The notes: generated by a model from the sequence alone, not told the origin. DNA of 64,000 nt from Coriobacteriia bacterium (GCA_003149935.1 QAMH01000009.1:2774-66773); one strand, 5' to 3'. Shown: positions 42,607-50,943, numbered from the stretch's first letter. A program made the numbers and translations.

Positions 42607-44895
42607 TTACAAGTCGAAGTCCACGGCGCTTCGTTGGAACAGCCGCCGTTTTATCTCAAGAAGGTATCCCGTCATTGCCGCATCTTGAAGCTTGCCGATG
42701 TGGTCAATGACATCAAGCAGATTATCCTTGTTCAGAATCTCCAATTCAAGAAGCTCGTCAATTGCCGTGCGATCGTCATGGCGCGTAATCGCCTCGCACA
42801 CTTCCTCAAGGTTTTTGGTAAGGACTTGCGTGAGCATAATCTTGTTGGTGCTGCTCATGAGGATGGGATCAGCCAGGCGCTCTATCGCGAGTTTGGCCTG
42901 CCCGTATACGTCGAAATCATCGTGCGCACCACTCGTCTTCTTGTCGAATTCGTGCATGTTGACAATCGCGCTGTCGTAGTGCTTGAAAATGCGCGCCAGG
43001 TCGACCGAGCTGCTCAGGTTAAACGCAAGCTGGATTTCGTGCGCGCTACGCGGGGCATCCGGAAAGTAGAAATCGAAGCTTGCATGGCCCTCATGGGGCT
43101 CGTCCAGATCGATGTGGAAGTGCTCCACAAAGCAATCGAGGCTCAATCCGCGCATGCCGACGTGCCGAATGCGATCGCTTAGAAACAGCTCACGCAGATG
43201 ACGAGCGCCGCCAAAGGCATAGGGATCGATGGCGCTCACATCCTCGGGAATCCTCACGCTTTCAACGCCATCGGCATAGACGACGACGTGCGAGCCACCC
43301 TCATCATGGCGCTCGATGAGCAGCCCGGGGACAGAATAGAAGCGCTCGTTGCCCTCCTCGACGCCGATGCTCGTGAGGGAAGGGGCCTCGTCACCGTTGT
43401 GCGCGCCATGCGTGATGAGCGCGGTGTTGCCAAGGCGCTTCAGCTTGCGGGGAATGAAGGCGCGCGAAAGCGAGGTGTCGAGGAAGGCCTCGTCGCCCAC
43501 CTCCTCGAGCGTCGAGGGAAAGTCGGCGATGGCAAGCTCGTGGCAATCGCGGAAGGCCGCATCCCCGATGCGCAGCAAGCCCTCGGGCAGCGTGACCTTC
43601 GTGACGTGCGCATGATGCGCGAAGGCATGCGGCTCGATTTCGATCGTGCCGGGCTGCACCGCGTACTCACGTGCCTTGTCATCGAGCAGATGCACGAAGT
43701 GCTTGCCCTCGGGCGTGTTGCGATACAGACCGCCCTCGCGGTCGATTTCGAGAATGCCACCTGCGGCGATGGAAAAGCCCGCATCATCCCCGGAAAAGCC
43801 GAGCTTGGTGTCGGCCGCGATGCTATTGCCCAGCGTCTCGAGCGTCGCGGGCACGCGCAAGGTCTCGATACCCGTCCCGGTGAACGCGTCGTCGCCGATG
43901 GACACGAGCCCTTCGTCGAGGGTGACCTGGGTGAGCTTGCGGCAGCGGAAGAAGGCGCGCTCGCCGATGGTGCGCAGGTCGCGCGGAGACGTGAAGCTCT
44001 CGAGACCCGAATAGGAGAACGCGTAGTCCTCGATCGTGGTGATGGTGTCGGGGAGCTCGACTTCGTAGAGCTCGGAGCGATTCGCAAAGGCCTTCTTCTC
44101 GATGACCTGACAACCATCGGGCACGACGTAGCGCTCGCAAGACAGCGCCAGCACTCGCAGGTGCGCACCCTCGTGTGCGAAGATGGCTTGCCCGTCGGTC
44201 GTTATGTAGGGGTTCTCGTCATCGATGCGGATGCTCTCGAGCTTGCCCTGGGCAAAGAGACCCGGCGCGAAGTCGTAGGTGGCAAAGCCGATGACGAGTG
44301 TGCGCAGCTGACCCTCGTCGAAGATGCTCGAAGTGACGCGCGCGAGCATGCCGGGCAAGACGAGCTCCGCGAGCTCACGACAACCGCGAACCCACGACGA
44401 GTCATAGGTCTCGACGTTGCGGGGTAAGACGAGGCGCTCGAGCTTCATGCACGAGCGAAACGCGCAGTTGCCGATCTTCTCGATCTGCGGCGAGCAGATG
44501 ATCTCGCGCACCGATTCGAGATACGAGCACGCATCGACGGCTAGCTCGGCCACCGGTTTGTCCTCGATGGTGGCGGGAATCTCGAGCGTGGTGGCATCGG
44601 TCTTGCAGCCGATGATGCGCACGTACTCGTCATGCACGGTCACGTACTCCCACAGCGTACCGTCATCGAGCATGAGCGCGCGCTCCTCCGAGCACGCAGC
44701 CGCATCCTCGCGAACGAGACGCTCGTGTTCGTCGTGGTTGCGCGCGAAGATCTCCTGCATGCGCTCGACTTCCTCGACGCTTCTCAATCCATCGCTCAGA
44801 GCCACGACAGCCACTTCCTTGATTCTCGAGAACTCCTCGTCGCCTTCGGCGTCAAGGCCACCAGTCATAACCGGCATTTCCCTACCCCAGCCCAT
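42607..44895 (-). CDS. Intracellular BspA-type leucine-rich repeat (LRR_5) protein with helical C-terminal domain
   Basis: Many repeats of the type I(G/E)..AF..C..L..V.LP..(L/V)..IG..AF. The N-terminus is acidic, with no signal peptide and no TM. The exact start is uncertain (ATGs at 44895, 44877, 44868). Confidence 0.85.
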   Translation of the reverse strand: MGWGREMPVMTGGLDAEGDEEFSRIKEVAVVALSDGLRSVEEVERMQEIFARNHDEHERLVREDAAACSEERALMLDDGTLWEYVTVHDEYVRIIGCKTDATTLEIPATIEDKPVAELAVDACSYLESVREIICSPQIEKIGNCAFRSCMKLERLVLPRNVETYDSSWVRGCRELAELVLPGMLARVTSSIFDEGQLRTLVIGFATYDFAPGLFAQGKLESIRIDDENPYITTDGQAIFAHEGAHLRVLALSCERYVVPDGCQVIEKKAFANRSELYEVELPDTITTIEDYAFSYSGLESFTSPRDLRTIGERAFFRCRKLTQVTLDEGLVSIGDDAFTGTGIETLRVPATLETLGNSIAADTKLGFSGDDAGFSIAAGGILEIDREGGLYRNTPEGKHFVHLLDDKAREYAVQPGTIEIEPHAFAHHAHVTKVTLPEGLLRIGDAAFRDCHELAIADFPSTLEEVGDEAFLDTSLSRAFIPRKLKRLGNTALITHGAHNGDEAPSLTSIGVEEGNERFYSVPGLLIERHDEGGSHVVVYADGVESVRIPEDVSAIDPYAFGGARHLRELFLSDRIRHVGMRGLSLDCFVEHFHIDLDEPHEGHASFDFYFPDAPRSAHEIQLAFNLSSSVDLARIFKHYDSAIVNMHEFDKKTSGAHDDFDVYGQAKLAIERLADPILMSSTNKIMLTQVLTKNLEEVCEAITRHDDRTAIDELLELEILNKDNLLDVIDHIGKLQDAAMTGYLLEIKRRLFQRSAVDFDL

Positions 44896-44897
44896 CT

Positions 44898-45656
44898 CTA
44901 GCGAAAATCGCTCATGTCCTTGAGCAGGAAGGCCTGGTAGTCGAAGCCACCGAGCTTCTCGACGTTCACGACGCAGCTCGTGAAGCGCGCCTCCTCGTCC
45001 GTCTCGACAATGGGCGCCTGCCCGTCTGCGGCCACGGCGTCGCAGGGCTGGATGGGACGCGCCTCGAGCGTCTCGTAGGTGGGCATGTCCATACCGGCGT
45101 TATGCAGCCAGAGCGCGAAGTTCTTGCGATTCGGGGCCGCCTGGACGACGTTTCCGATTGCGCGCGCCTCGGCGATGACCTTCTTGTCGCGCGGTGTCGT
45201 GGCGAGCACCGTCTGACACACGAGTTTGCCGCCCGGTACGAGCAGGCGGCCGATGAGCTTGATGACGTACGCCGGATCGTAGAAAAGGTTGAGGGCGCTA
45301 TTGACATAGACGTAATCGAGGCTGCCCTCCTCGATGCCGATCTGGTCGATCATCTCAGGATACGCGACGACGAATTCCATGTTGCTCTCGGTGAGCTTGT
45401 TCTTCTCGACTGCATGAGCCTCACCCTCGCGGGCGCGCTCGATGAAGGGCTTGCGCCAATCGATGCCGATGACGTGACCGGCCGGACCCACGTGATCAGA
45501 GAGCTTGTAGGCGCCCTTGCCGCGGCGGCATGCCAAGTCGAGGACGGTCTGATCGTTCAAGCCGCCGGGAACGAACATCTCGCAGCGACTATCGAGGCCA
45601 CCTGCCTCGGGAAGCTGCGCGTAATATGCCGCAAGATCGTCGAGCGTGAACGCCAT
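44898..45656 (-). CDS. Class I SAM-dependent methyltransferase
   Basis: VLDLACRRGKGAYKLSDHVGPAGHVIGIDW...LDYVYVNSALNLF...LVPGGKLVCQ. ATG 45656 is preceded by AGGAGG. Confidence 0.85.
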   Translation of the reverse strand: MAFTLDDLAAYYAQLPEAGGLDSRCEMFVPGGLNDQTVLDLACRRGKGAYKLSDHVGPAGHVIGIDWRKPFIERAREGEAHAVEKNKLTESNMEFVVAYPEMIDQIGIEEGSLDYVYVNSALNLFYDPAYVIKLIGRLLVPGGKLVCQTVLATTPRDKKVIAEARAIGNVVQAAPNRKNFALWLHNAGMDMPTYETLEARPIQPCDAVAADGQAPIVETDEEARFTSCVVNVEKLGGFDYQAFLLKDMSDFR

Positions 45657-45670
45657 AGATGCCTCCTAGA

Positions 45671-45694
45671 AGAAAAAGGCCCGCGACGCGGGCC
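45671..45694 (-). terminator. Hairpin plus U-tract downstream of tRNA-Thr
   Basis: GGCCCGC-gtc-GCGGGCC is followed on the minus strand by UUUUUCU. It lies 13 nt after the tRNA 3' end and 15 nt before the MTase ATG. Confidence 0.6.
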
Positions 45695-45706
45695 CCAGGT
45701 TTTTGA

Positions 45707-45782
45707 TGGTGCCGACGAAGAGACTCGAACTCTTGACCCCCGCATTACGAGTGCGGTGCTCTACCAGCTGAGCTACATCGGC
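45707..45782 (-). tRNA. tRNA-Thr (anticodon CGU), CCA encoded
   Basis: Manual cloverleaf of the minus strand: GCCGATG-TA-GCTC-AGCTGGTA-GAGC-A-CCGCA-CTCGTAA-TGCGG-GGGTC-AAGAG-TTCGAGT-CTCTT-CGTCGGC-ACCA. Confidence 0.95.
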
Positions 45783-45906
45783 CTACGCGTTTCGCGCAGT
45801 TGCACAGTCTATCAGACTCATGTGCGTTTGTGGGAACAAACCCGGCAATTGGTAACGAGGAGGTTTTATCAGAATCAAGTGGCTGTCTCGCTTGTAGCAG
45901 GCAAAT

Positions 45907-46127
45907 AATTTTCGATTATGTGTAACCGAGAAAAGCAACATGCAGAAAAAATGCGATTATGTGTAATCGGGAGCCAACAGCGTGTAGATAATTTTCGATT
46001 GTGTGGGAGCCGCTGCGTATTCATCCCACATAATCGAAAAAAACATGTAATTGAATCCGAACCATCACACATAATCGAAAAAAACGTGCAGCTGATCCCC
46101 CGTGATTACACGAAATCACAAAAAACG
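45907..46127. repeat. Array of six ~20-bp units (TTTTCGATTATGTGT; 3 forward plus 3 reverse) with 41-42 bp spacing, forming a nested palindrome
   Basis: Forward units are at 45907, 45946 and 45990. Reverse units are at 46024, 46065 and 46106. The inner pair 45992-46008 / 46024-46040 matches 16/17 as a reverse complement. Confidence 0.75.
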
Positions 46128-46139
46128 TCCCTGTTGTCC

Positions 46140-46748
46140 TTAGTCGCGTTTCTCGAACTCGCGGATGAAGGCGCGCAGCGCCTCGCCACGATGGGAGATA
46201 GCATCCTTTTGCTCGGAGGGCACCTCGGCTGTGGTGAGCTTGCCGTCAAAGGCATCGGCATAGAAGAGTGGGTCGTAGCCAAAGCCGTTGTTGCCGCGCT
46301 CCTCGTAGCCAATCCTTCCCTCGCAGCTACCGTGCGCCACGATTTCGGAATCGTCCGTATCGACGAAGACGAGCGTGCAGACGAAGCGCGCCGTGCGCTC
46401 GTCATCGGGCACGTCTGCCAGCAGTTCGAGCAGCTTGGCGTTGTTGTCGGCATCGGTCGCGTCTTCGCCTGCGAAGCGGCTCGAGAAGACGCCGGGTGCG
46501 CCGTCGAGCGCATCGACGACCAGGCCACTGTCGTCGGCAAGTGCGGGAAGCCCCGTGTTATCACGCGCGGCCAACGCCTTGATGCGGGCGTTCCCCTCGA
46601 AGTCATCGGCATCTTCGACGGGCTCCGGATACGTGCCGCAGTCCTTGAAGCTCACGAATTCCCATCCCGTGACCGGGGCGAGCATGCGAGAAATCTCCTC
46701 GAGCTTATGAGCGTTATTCGTTGCGATAACGACCTTCTTCGTAGCCAT
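46140..46748 (-). CDS. rdgB: dITP/XTP pyrophosphatase (RdgB/HAM1 family)
   Basis: VVIATNNAHKLEEI...ALADDSGLVVDALDGAPGVFSSRF...GFGYDPLF...ISHRG. Confidence 0.9.
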   Translation of the reverse strand: MATKKVVIATNNAHKLEEISRMLAPVTGWEFVSFKDCGTYPEPVEDADDFEGNARIKALAARDNTGLPALADDSGLVVDALDGAPGVFSSRFAGEDATDADNNAKLLELLADVPDDERTARFVCTLVFVDTDDSEIVAHGSCEGRIGYEERGNNGFGYDPLFYADAFDGKLTTAEVPSEQKDAISHRGEALRAFIREFEKRD

Positions 46749-46750
46749 GC

Positions 46751-47485
46751 CTATTCCTCCAAGGCTCTTCTTTGGTCTGCGAGCAGCTCCTCAATGCCAA
46801 TGGTCGCGACGTCGAGCATCTTGTTGAGCTTGCTGCGATCGAAGGAGCACTGCTCACCCGTGCCCTGGACCTCGATGATCTCGCCACGCGCGTTCATGAT
46901 GAGGTTGAGGTCGACCTCGGCGCGCGAGTCCTCCTGGTAGTCCAGGTCGAGCAGGATGCGTCCGTCCACCTGGCCAACGCTGATGGCGGCGACTTGGTCG
47001 ATGATGGGACTCGTCTTGATCTTGCCGGCGTTCTGCCACATCTCGAGCGCGTCGTGCAGCGCGACCCACGCCCCCGTGATGGCCGCCGTGCGCGTACCGC
47101 CGTCCGCCTGCAGCACGTCGCAGTCAACGGTGAAGGTGACCTCGCCGCCCAAGCCGGTCATATCGACTGCCGAGCGCAGGCTGCGTCCGATGAGGCGCTC
47201 GATCTCCATGCTACGGCCCTTACGCGTAAGGTGCTCGCGCGACGTGCGCTTGGCAGTTGACGCCGGAAGCATTGCGTACTCGGCGGTTATCCAGCCGGCA
47301 CCGGCGCCTTTGCGCCACGCCTTGACACGCTCCTCGATGCTGACCGCACACAAAACCTTAGTCGCGCCCGTCTCGATGAGGCACGAGCCGGGGACGTTAT
47401 CGAGAAAGTGCCGCGTGATCTTAGTGGGGCGTTTCTCCTCGGGACCGCGCCCGTAGGAGCGTCCCAAACCGATATTGAACGTCAT
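46751..47485 (-). CDS. rph: Ribonuclease PH
   Basis: GRSYGRGPEEKRPTKITRHFLDNVPGSCLIETGATKVLCAVS...DCDVLQADGGTRTAAITGA. Confidence 0.95.
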   Translation of the reverse strand: MTFNIGLGRSYGRGPEEKRPTKITRHFLDNVPGSCLIETGATKVLCAVSIEERVKAWRKGAGAGWITAEYAMLPASTAKRTSREHLTRKGRSMEIERLIGRSLRSAVDMTGLGGEVTFTVDCDVLQADGGTRTAAITGAWVALHDALEMWQNAGKIKTSPIIDQVAAISVGQVDGRILLDLDYQEDSRAEVDLNLIMNARGEIIEVQGTGEQCSFDRSKLNKMLDVATIGIEELLADQRRALEE

Positions 47486-47497
47486 ATTCTCTCCTGT

Positions 47498-48358
47498 CTA
47501 GAGTTCGTTGACACCCACATAGGTAAGGTCCTCGATAGGCTGGCCGAAGATATGCCCACCGATGGTGCGAAAATCGTCCAAATCCTCACCCGTGGTATAG
47601 AAACTGCTATGTTGCGGTATCGAGCCGTCGGCCAGATGACCACGATAGGAAAGCGTCTCGACGACCTCCTTGGCTGTCTCCTCCGACGAGGAAATGATGG
47701 AGACGTTTTCACCCACGGCTTGCTGAATAAGCGGGGCAAGCACCGGGTAGTGCGTGCAGCCTAGGACAAGCGTGTCGACGCCGGCCTTCTTGATGGGATC
47801 GAGATAATCGCGCGCGATCGTCTGGAATGCCGGGCGCAGGTACACGTCACTTGCCTCGGCTGTGAGCCGCTCGATGGGACTATTGGAGCGACGGATACCG
47901 TCCTCGACAATTTCGACGAAGCGCGGCGTTGCCGTGGAAAACGCGGTCACTCCCGCATCGAGATTGCGAATCGTGTCCGGATAGATACCCGAATCAATCG
48001 TCGCCTGCGTAGCAATGACACCCACGCGGCGGTTGCGCGTCATGCGAACAGCCCCGCGCGCCCCTGGTTCGACCACGCCGATGACCGGCACGTCAAACTC
48101 CATCTGAGCAAGCGCGAGTCCGGCCGCCGTTGCCGTATTGCATGCGATGATGATGAGCTTCACATCGTGCTGGGAAAGCCAGCTGCCAATCTGATGCACG
48201 AAACCACGCACCTCGCGCAAATCGCGCGGACCATAGGGGCAACGTGCCGTGTCGCCAAAGAAGATGAGCGACTCCTGTGGCAAGCGCTCGTGGACGGCGC
48301 GCGCGACGGTGAGACCACCAAAGCCGGAATCGAATATGCCAATCGGGGCGTTGTTCAT
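47498..48358 (-). CDS. murI: Glutamate racemase
   Basis: IGIFDSGFGGLTV...IIACNTATA...LVLGCTHYP. Confidence 0.95.
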   Translation of the reverse strand: MNNAPIGIFDSGFGGLTVARAVHERLPQESLIFFGDTARCPYGPRDLREVRGFVHQIGSWLSQHDVKLIIIACNTATAAGLALAQMEFDVPVIGVVEPGARGAVRMTRNRRVGVIATQATIDSGIYPDTIRNLDAGVTAFSTATPRFVEIVEDGIRRSNSPIERLTAEASDVYLRPAFQTIARDYLDPIKKAGVDTLVLGCTHYPVLAPLIQQAVGENVSIISSSEETAKEVVETLSYRGHLADGSIPQHSSFYTTGEDLDDFRTIGGHIFGQPIEDLTYVGVNEL

Positions 48359-48365
48359 AACCCCG

Positions 48366-50159
48366 TTATCTTAGCGCATCAGCTAGCTCATCGATAAGCT
48401 CATCGAAGTAGGCAAGCGCCGCCGCCGTCGGCTCGGGCGTAGTCATGTCCACTCCCGCTCCCTTGAGGAGCTCGATGGGCGTTTTGCTTGAGCCGCCGGA
48501 CAAGAAGCCAAGATAGTCGGCCACGGCGGGAGCGCCCTCATTGAGGATGCGGTTCGACAGCGCAATGGCGGCAGAGAAGCCCGTCGCGTATTGATACACG
48601 TAATACTGGTAGTAAAAATGCGGGATACGTGCCCACTCGACGGCAATCTGGTCATCCACGACAATGTCCGGGCCATAGTAGCTGGCGTTTAGTTCGCGGT
48701 AGATCTCGCCCAATGCCTCGGCAGTGATGCCCTCGCCTCGGGCGGCGATTTCGTTGAAGGCGAGCTCGAATTCGGCAAACATCGTCTGACGGTACAGCGT
48801 ACCCTTAAATTGCTCGAGGAAATGATTAAGAATGTAGGCACGTTCGCGTGAATCGGTGCGTGTCTTGAGCAGATGCTGGGTGAGCAGAGCCTCGTTAACC
48901 GTCGAAGCGACCTCGGCCACGAAGATCACGTAATCGGAATACACGGCGGGCTGGCCCTTGCAGCTCAGGTACGTGTGGATGGAATGGCCCATCTCGTGGA
49001 TGAGCGTGAAGACGTCATCGAGCTGCCCCTGGAAGTTCATGAGTATGACCGGATGCATGCCGTAGCCACCGGCAGAATACGCGCCGCTGCGCTTGCCGGG
49101 CGTCTCGTAGACGTCGATCCAGCGCTGCGACAGACCCTCGCGCACGATGGCCAGGTAGTCCTCCCCAAGCGGCGCAAGCGCCTCGAGGATGAGGTCGCAT
49201 GCCTCCTCGTAGGTGAACTCCATGTCGACATCCTCGACGATGGGCACGTAAAGGTCGTAGAAGTGCAGCTCGTCGACGCCCAGTACCTGCTTGCGCAGCT
49301 CGACGTACTTGTGCATGGGCGCGAAATGCTCGTGCACGCAGGAGATGAGGTTGGTGTAGACCTCGGTGGGCACCTCGTTTTGGTCGAGGCAATACTCGAG
49401 TGCCGTGGGATACTTGCGCGCGTCCGTGTAGAACTTGAGCTGCTTTGCCTGCGCTCCCAGCGTCGCGGCTGCCGTGTTGCGGAATTGCGTATACGCTGCA
49501 TACAGGGAGGTATAGGCCGACTTACGTAGCACGCGGTCATCCGACATCATGAGCGGGACGTAGCTGCCATGGGTAACGGGGTGGGTCTCGCCTTGCGCGT
49601 CGATGGCGTCCTCGAACGTGAGGTCGGCATCGTTGAAGAGCGAGAAGATGTGCTCGGGCTGCATGGCCATGTCCTGTGCGCGGGCAAGCAGTTCTTCTTC
49701 GGCATCGCCCAGAATGTGGCCGCGCTGGCGGAACACGACGTCAAGCGCGCGGCGATACAGCACGAGGTCCGGACAGCTAGCGTAGAAGCGTTCGATCTGC
49801 TCGTCATCGAGCTTCAGAATCTCCGGCGCAAACCAGCTCGTGGCAGACGAGACCTCAGTGTAGACAGAGATAACCTGCGCGGAGTAATCCTGATAGGTGG
49901 CATTGCGCGTGTCCTCATCGAGCTTGCGCTGCGCATAGTTCACGAACTTGCCGAGCTCGATGCCCACCTCGTCGCTCAGCCGCAGATAGGCAAGCAGATC
50001 CTCGGCCGACTTCGAAACCTTGCCGCGAAATGCAGCGAGCGTGGCCGCATAGCCTTTCGCTTCCTCGAGTGCGACGAGGAACGCCTCGTCACCGGCATAG
50101 ATGCTGGAAAGATCCCAGCGATAGCGCTCGTCGATTTCATCACGCGATTGATAAGCCAT
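48366..50159 (-). CDS. pepF: Oligoendopeptidase F (M3B)
   Basis: The ~600-aa size, the HEMGHSIH zinc motif, and N-terminal ...RWDLSSIY.... Confidence 0.9.
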   Translation of the reverse strand: MAYQSRDEIDERYRWDLSSIYAGDEAFLVALEEAKGYAATLAAFRGKVSKSAEDLLAYLRLSDEVGIELGKFVNYAQRKLDEDTRNATYQDYSAQVISVYTEVSSATSWFAPEILKLDDEQIERFYASCPDLVLYRRALDVVFRQRGHILGDAEEELLARAQDMAMQPEHIFSLFNDADLTFEDAIDAQGETHPVTHGSYVPLMMSDDRVLRKSAYTSLYAAYTQFRNTAAATLGAQAKQLKFYTDARKYPTALEYCLDQNEVPTEVYTNLISCVHEHFAPMHKYVELRKQVLGVDELHFYDLYVPIVEDVDMEFTYEEACDLILEALAPLGEDYLAIVREGLSQRWIDVYETPGKRSGAYSAGGYGMHPVILMNFQGQLDDVFTLIHEMGHSIHTYLSCKGQPAVYSDYVIFVAEVASTVNEALLTQHLLKTRTDSRERAYILNHFLEQFKGTLYRQTMFAEFELAFNEIAARGEGITAEALGEIYRELNASYYGPDIVVDDQIAVEWARIPHFYYQYYVYQYATGFSAAIALSNRILNEGAPAVADYLGFLSGGSSKTPIELLKGAGVDMTTPEPTAAALAYFDELIDELADALR

Positions 50160-50204
50160 GATTCACCGCTTTCCTAATGTTTTTGGTGTTGCAAGACATT
50201 GTAG

Positions 50205-50245
50205 ATATAAAAAGACGAACTATCCCCATACGAAGATAGCTCGTC
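50205..50245 (-). terminator. Rho-independent terminator of ssrA
   Basis: The minus-strand stem GACGAGCUAUC / GAUAGUUCGUC (one G-U pair) is followed by UUUUUAUAU, 12 nt after the tmRNA CCA end. Confidence 0.6.
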
Positions 50246-50257
50246 ATCTTCTTGTAC

Positions 50258-50639
50258 TGGTGGAGGTGCGGAGAATCGAACTCCGGTCCACGATAATCCT
50301 GCGAAAGGTGTCTCCAAGCTCAGTCGATGTTCAGTAGGAAACCGCCAAGCACATCGACAAGCGAAAACGGTTTCCTGTCGGTTCGGTCTTAGCCCGGGGC
50401 ATACCGTCTACGTCCCCGGGAGCAACCTCCTTTAAATGATCCCGTGCAGATGCCAGAGGTTTAGCAGCTGGTTGGGAGGGCTGAACCTAAATTAGGCAGC
50501 CAGGGCGACAGGCTGAGCCTGCGCACCCTTGAAAGAAACAACTTTGCCAGTTAATTGGCTTTACCCCTGTTTAACGTGGCGAGGAGACCACGGCCTGCTG
50601 CCCTTCGCTCAAACTATCCTGTCGAAACCAGTCACCCCC
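50258..50639 (-). ncRNA. ssrA: tmRNA (SsrA)
   Basis: The 5' end is GGGGGTGACTGGTTTCGACAGG. The 3' end is CGGAGTTCGATTCTCCGCACCTCCACCA. The internal tag reading frame is GKVVSFKGAQAQPVALAA-stop. Confidence 0.95.
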
Positions 50640-50685
50640 AGTTTCAAACCCTTTTCAAAGTCCACCCGCCTCAAGCGGATTTCCC

Positions 50686-50714
50686 AGTATACGCCCCGCT
50701 TACGAGGACCTCAA
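50686..50714 (-). promoter_or_regulatory. Candidate sigma-70-type promoter for ssrA
   Basis: The minus strand reads TTGAGG-17 nt-TATACT, about 45 nt upstream of the mature tmRNA 5' end. Confidence 0.4.
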
Positions 50715-50787
50715 GCAACAGGTACGCGACAATGTAATCTAGCAGCACCCGATCTTCAGGCAATGCGGTTTCGCTCGCATCCGCACG

Positions 50788-50940
50788 CTGCCAAGAATGC
50801 ATAGTCAGTGACCATCTATAGCGTCTTTGTGCCAAAGATGCGGGTCAGTGACCAGATTATCTGGCATCTTGCCAAAGATGCGAGTCAGTGACCCGGTAAC
50901 TTGGCACTTTGCAGTCAGGCGCGTTGCTTCTTGGCACATC
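50788..50940. repeat. Direct tandem array, about 3.5 units of 40-41 bp, each with palindromes TGGCA-N3-TGCCA and GTCAGTGAC
   Basis: GCCAA(A/G)(G/A)ATGC(G/A)(G/T)(G/A)GTCAGTGACC occurs at 50790, 50831 and 50871, with a degenerate unit at 50911. The array lies between the smpB stop and ssrA. Confidence 0.8.
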
Positions 50941-50943
50941 GCC

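Noticed and set aside
38636-45782. The four-gene operon as a recently acquired tRNA-Thr-targeted genomic island.
   Set aside because: By eye, its composition and codon style match the surrounding core genes. There is no integrase. I found no direct repeat of the tRNA 3' end at the distal border (38565-38640). The only resemblance there is the generic dispersed element.
50860-50920. TGGCA...GCA strings in the smpB-ssrA array as sigma-54 (-24/-12) promoters.
   Set aside because: The spacing between GG and GC elements is 8 nt or less. The ~12 nt register of TGGCAC-N5-TTGCW is not met.
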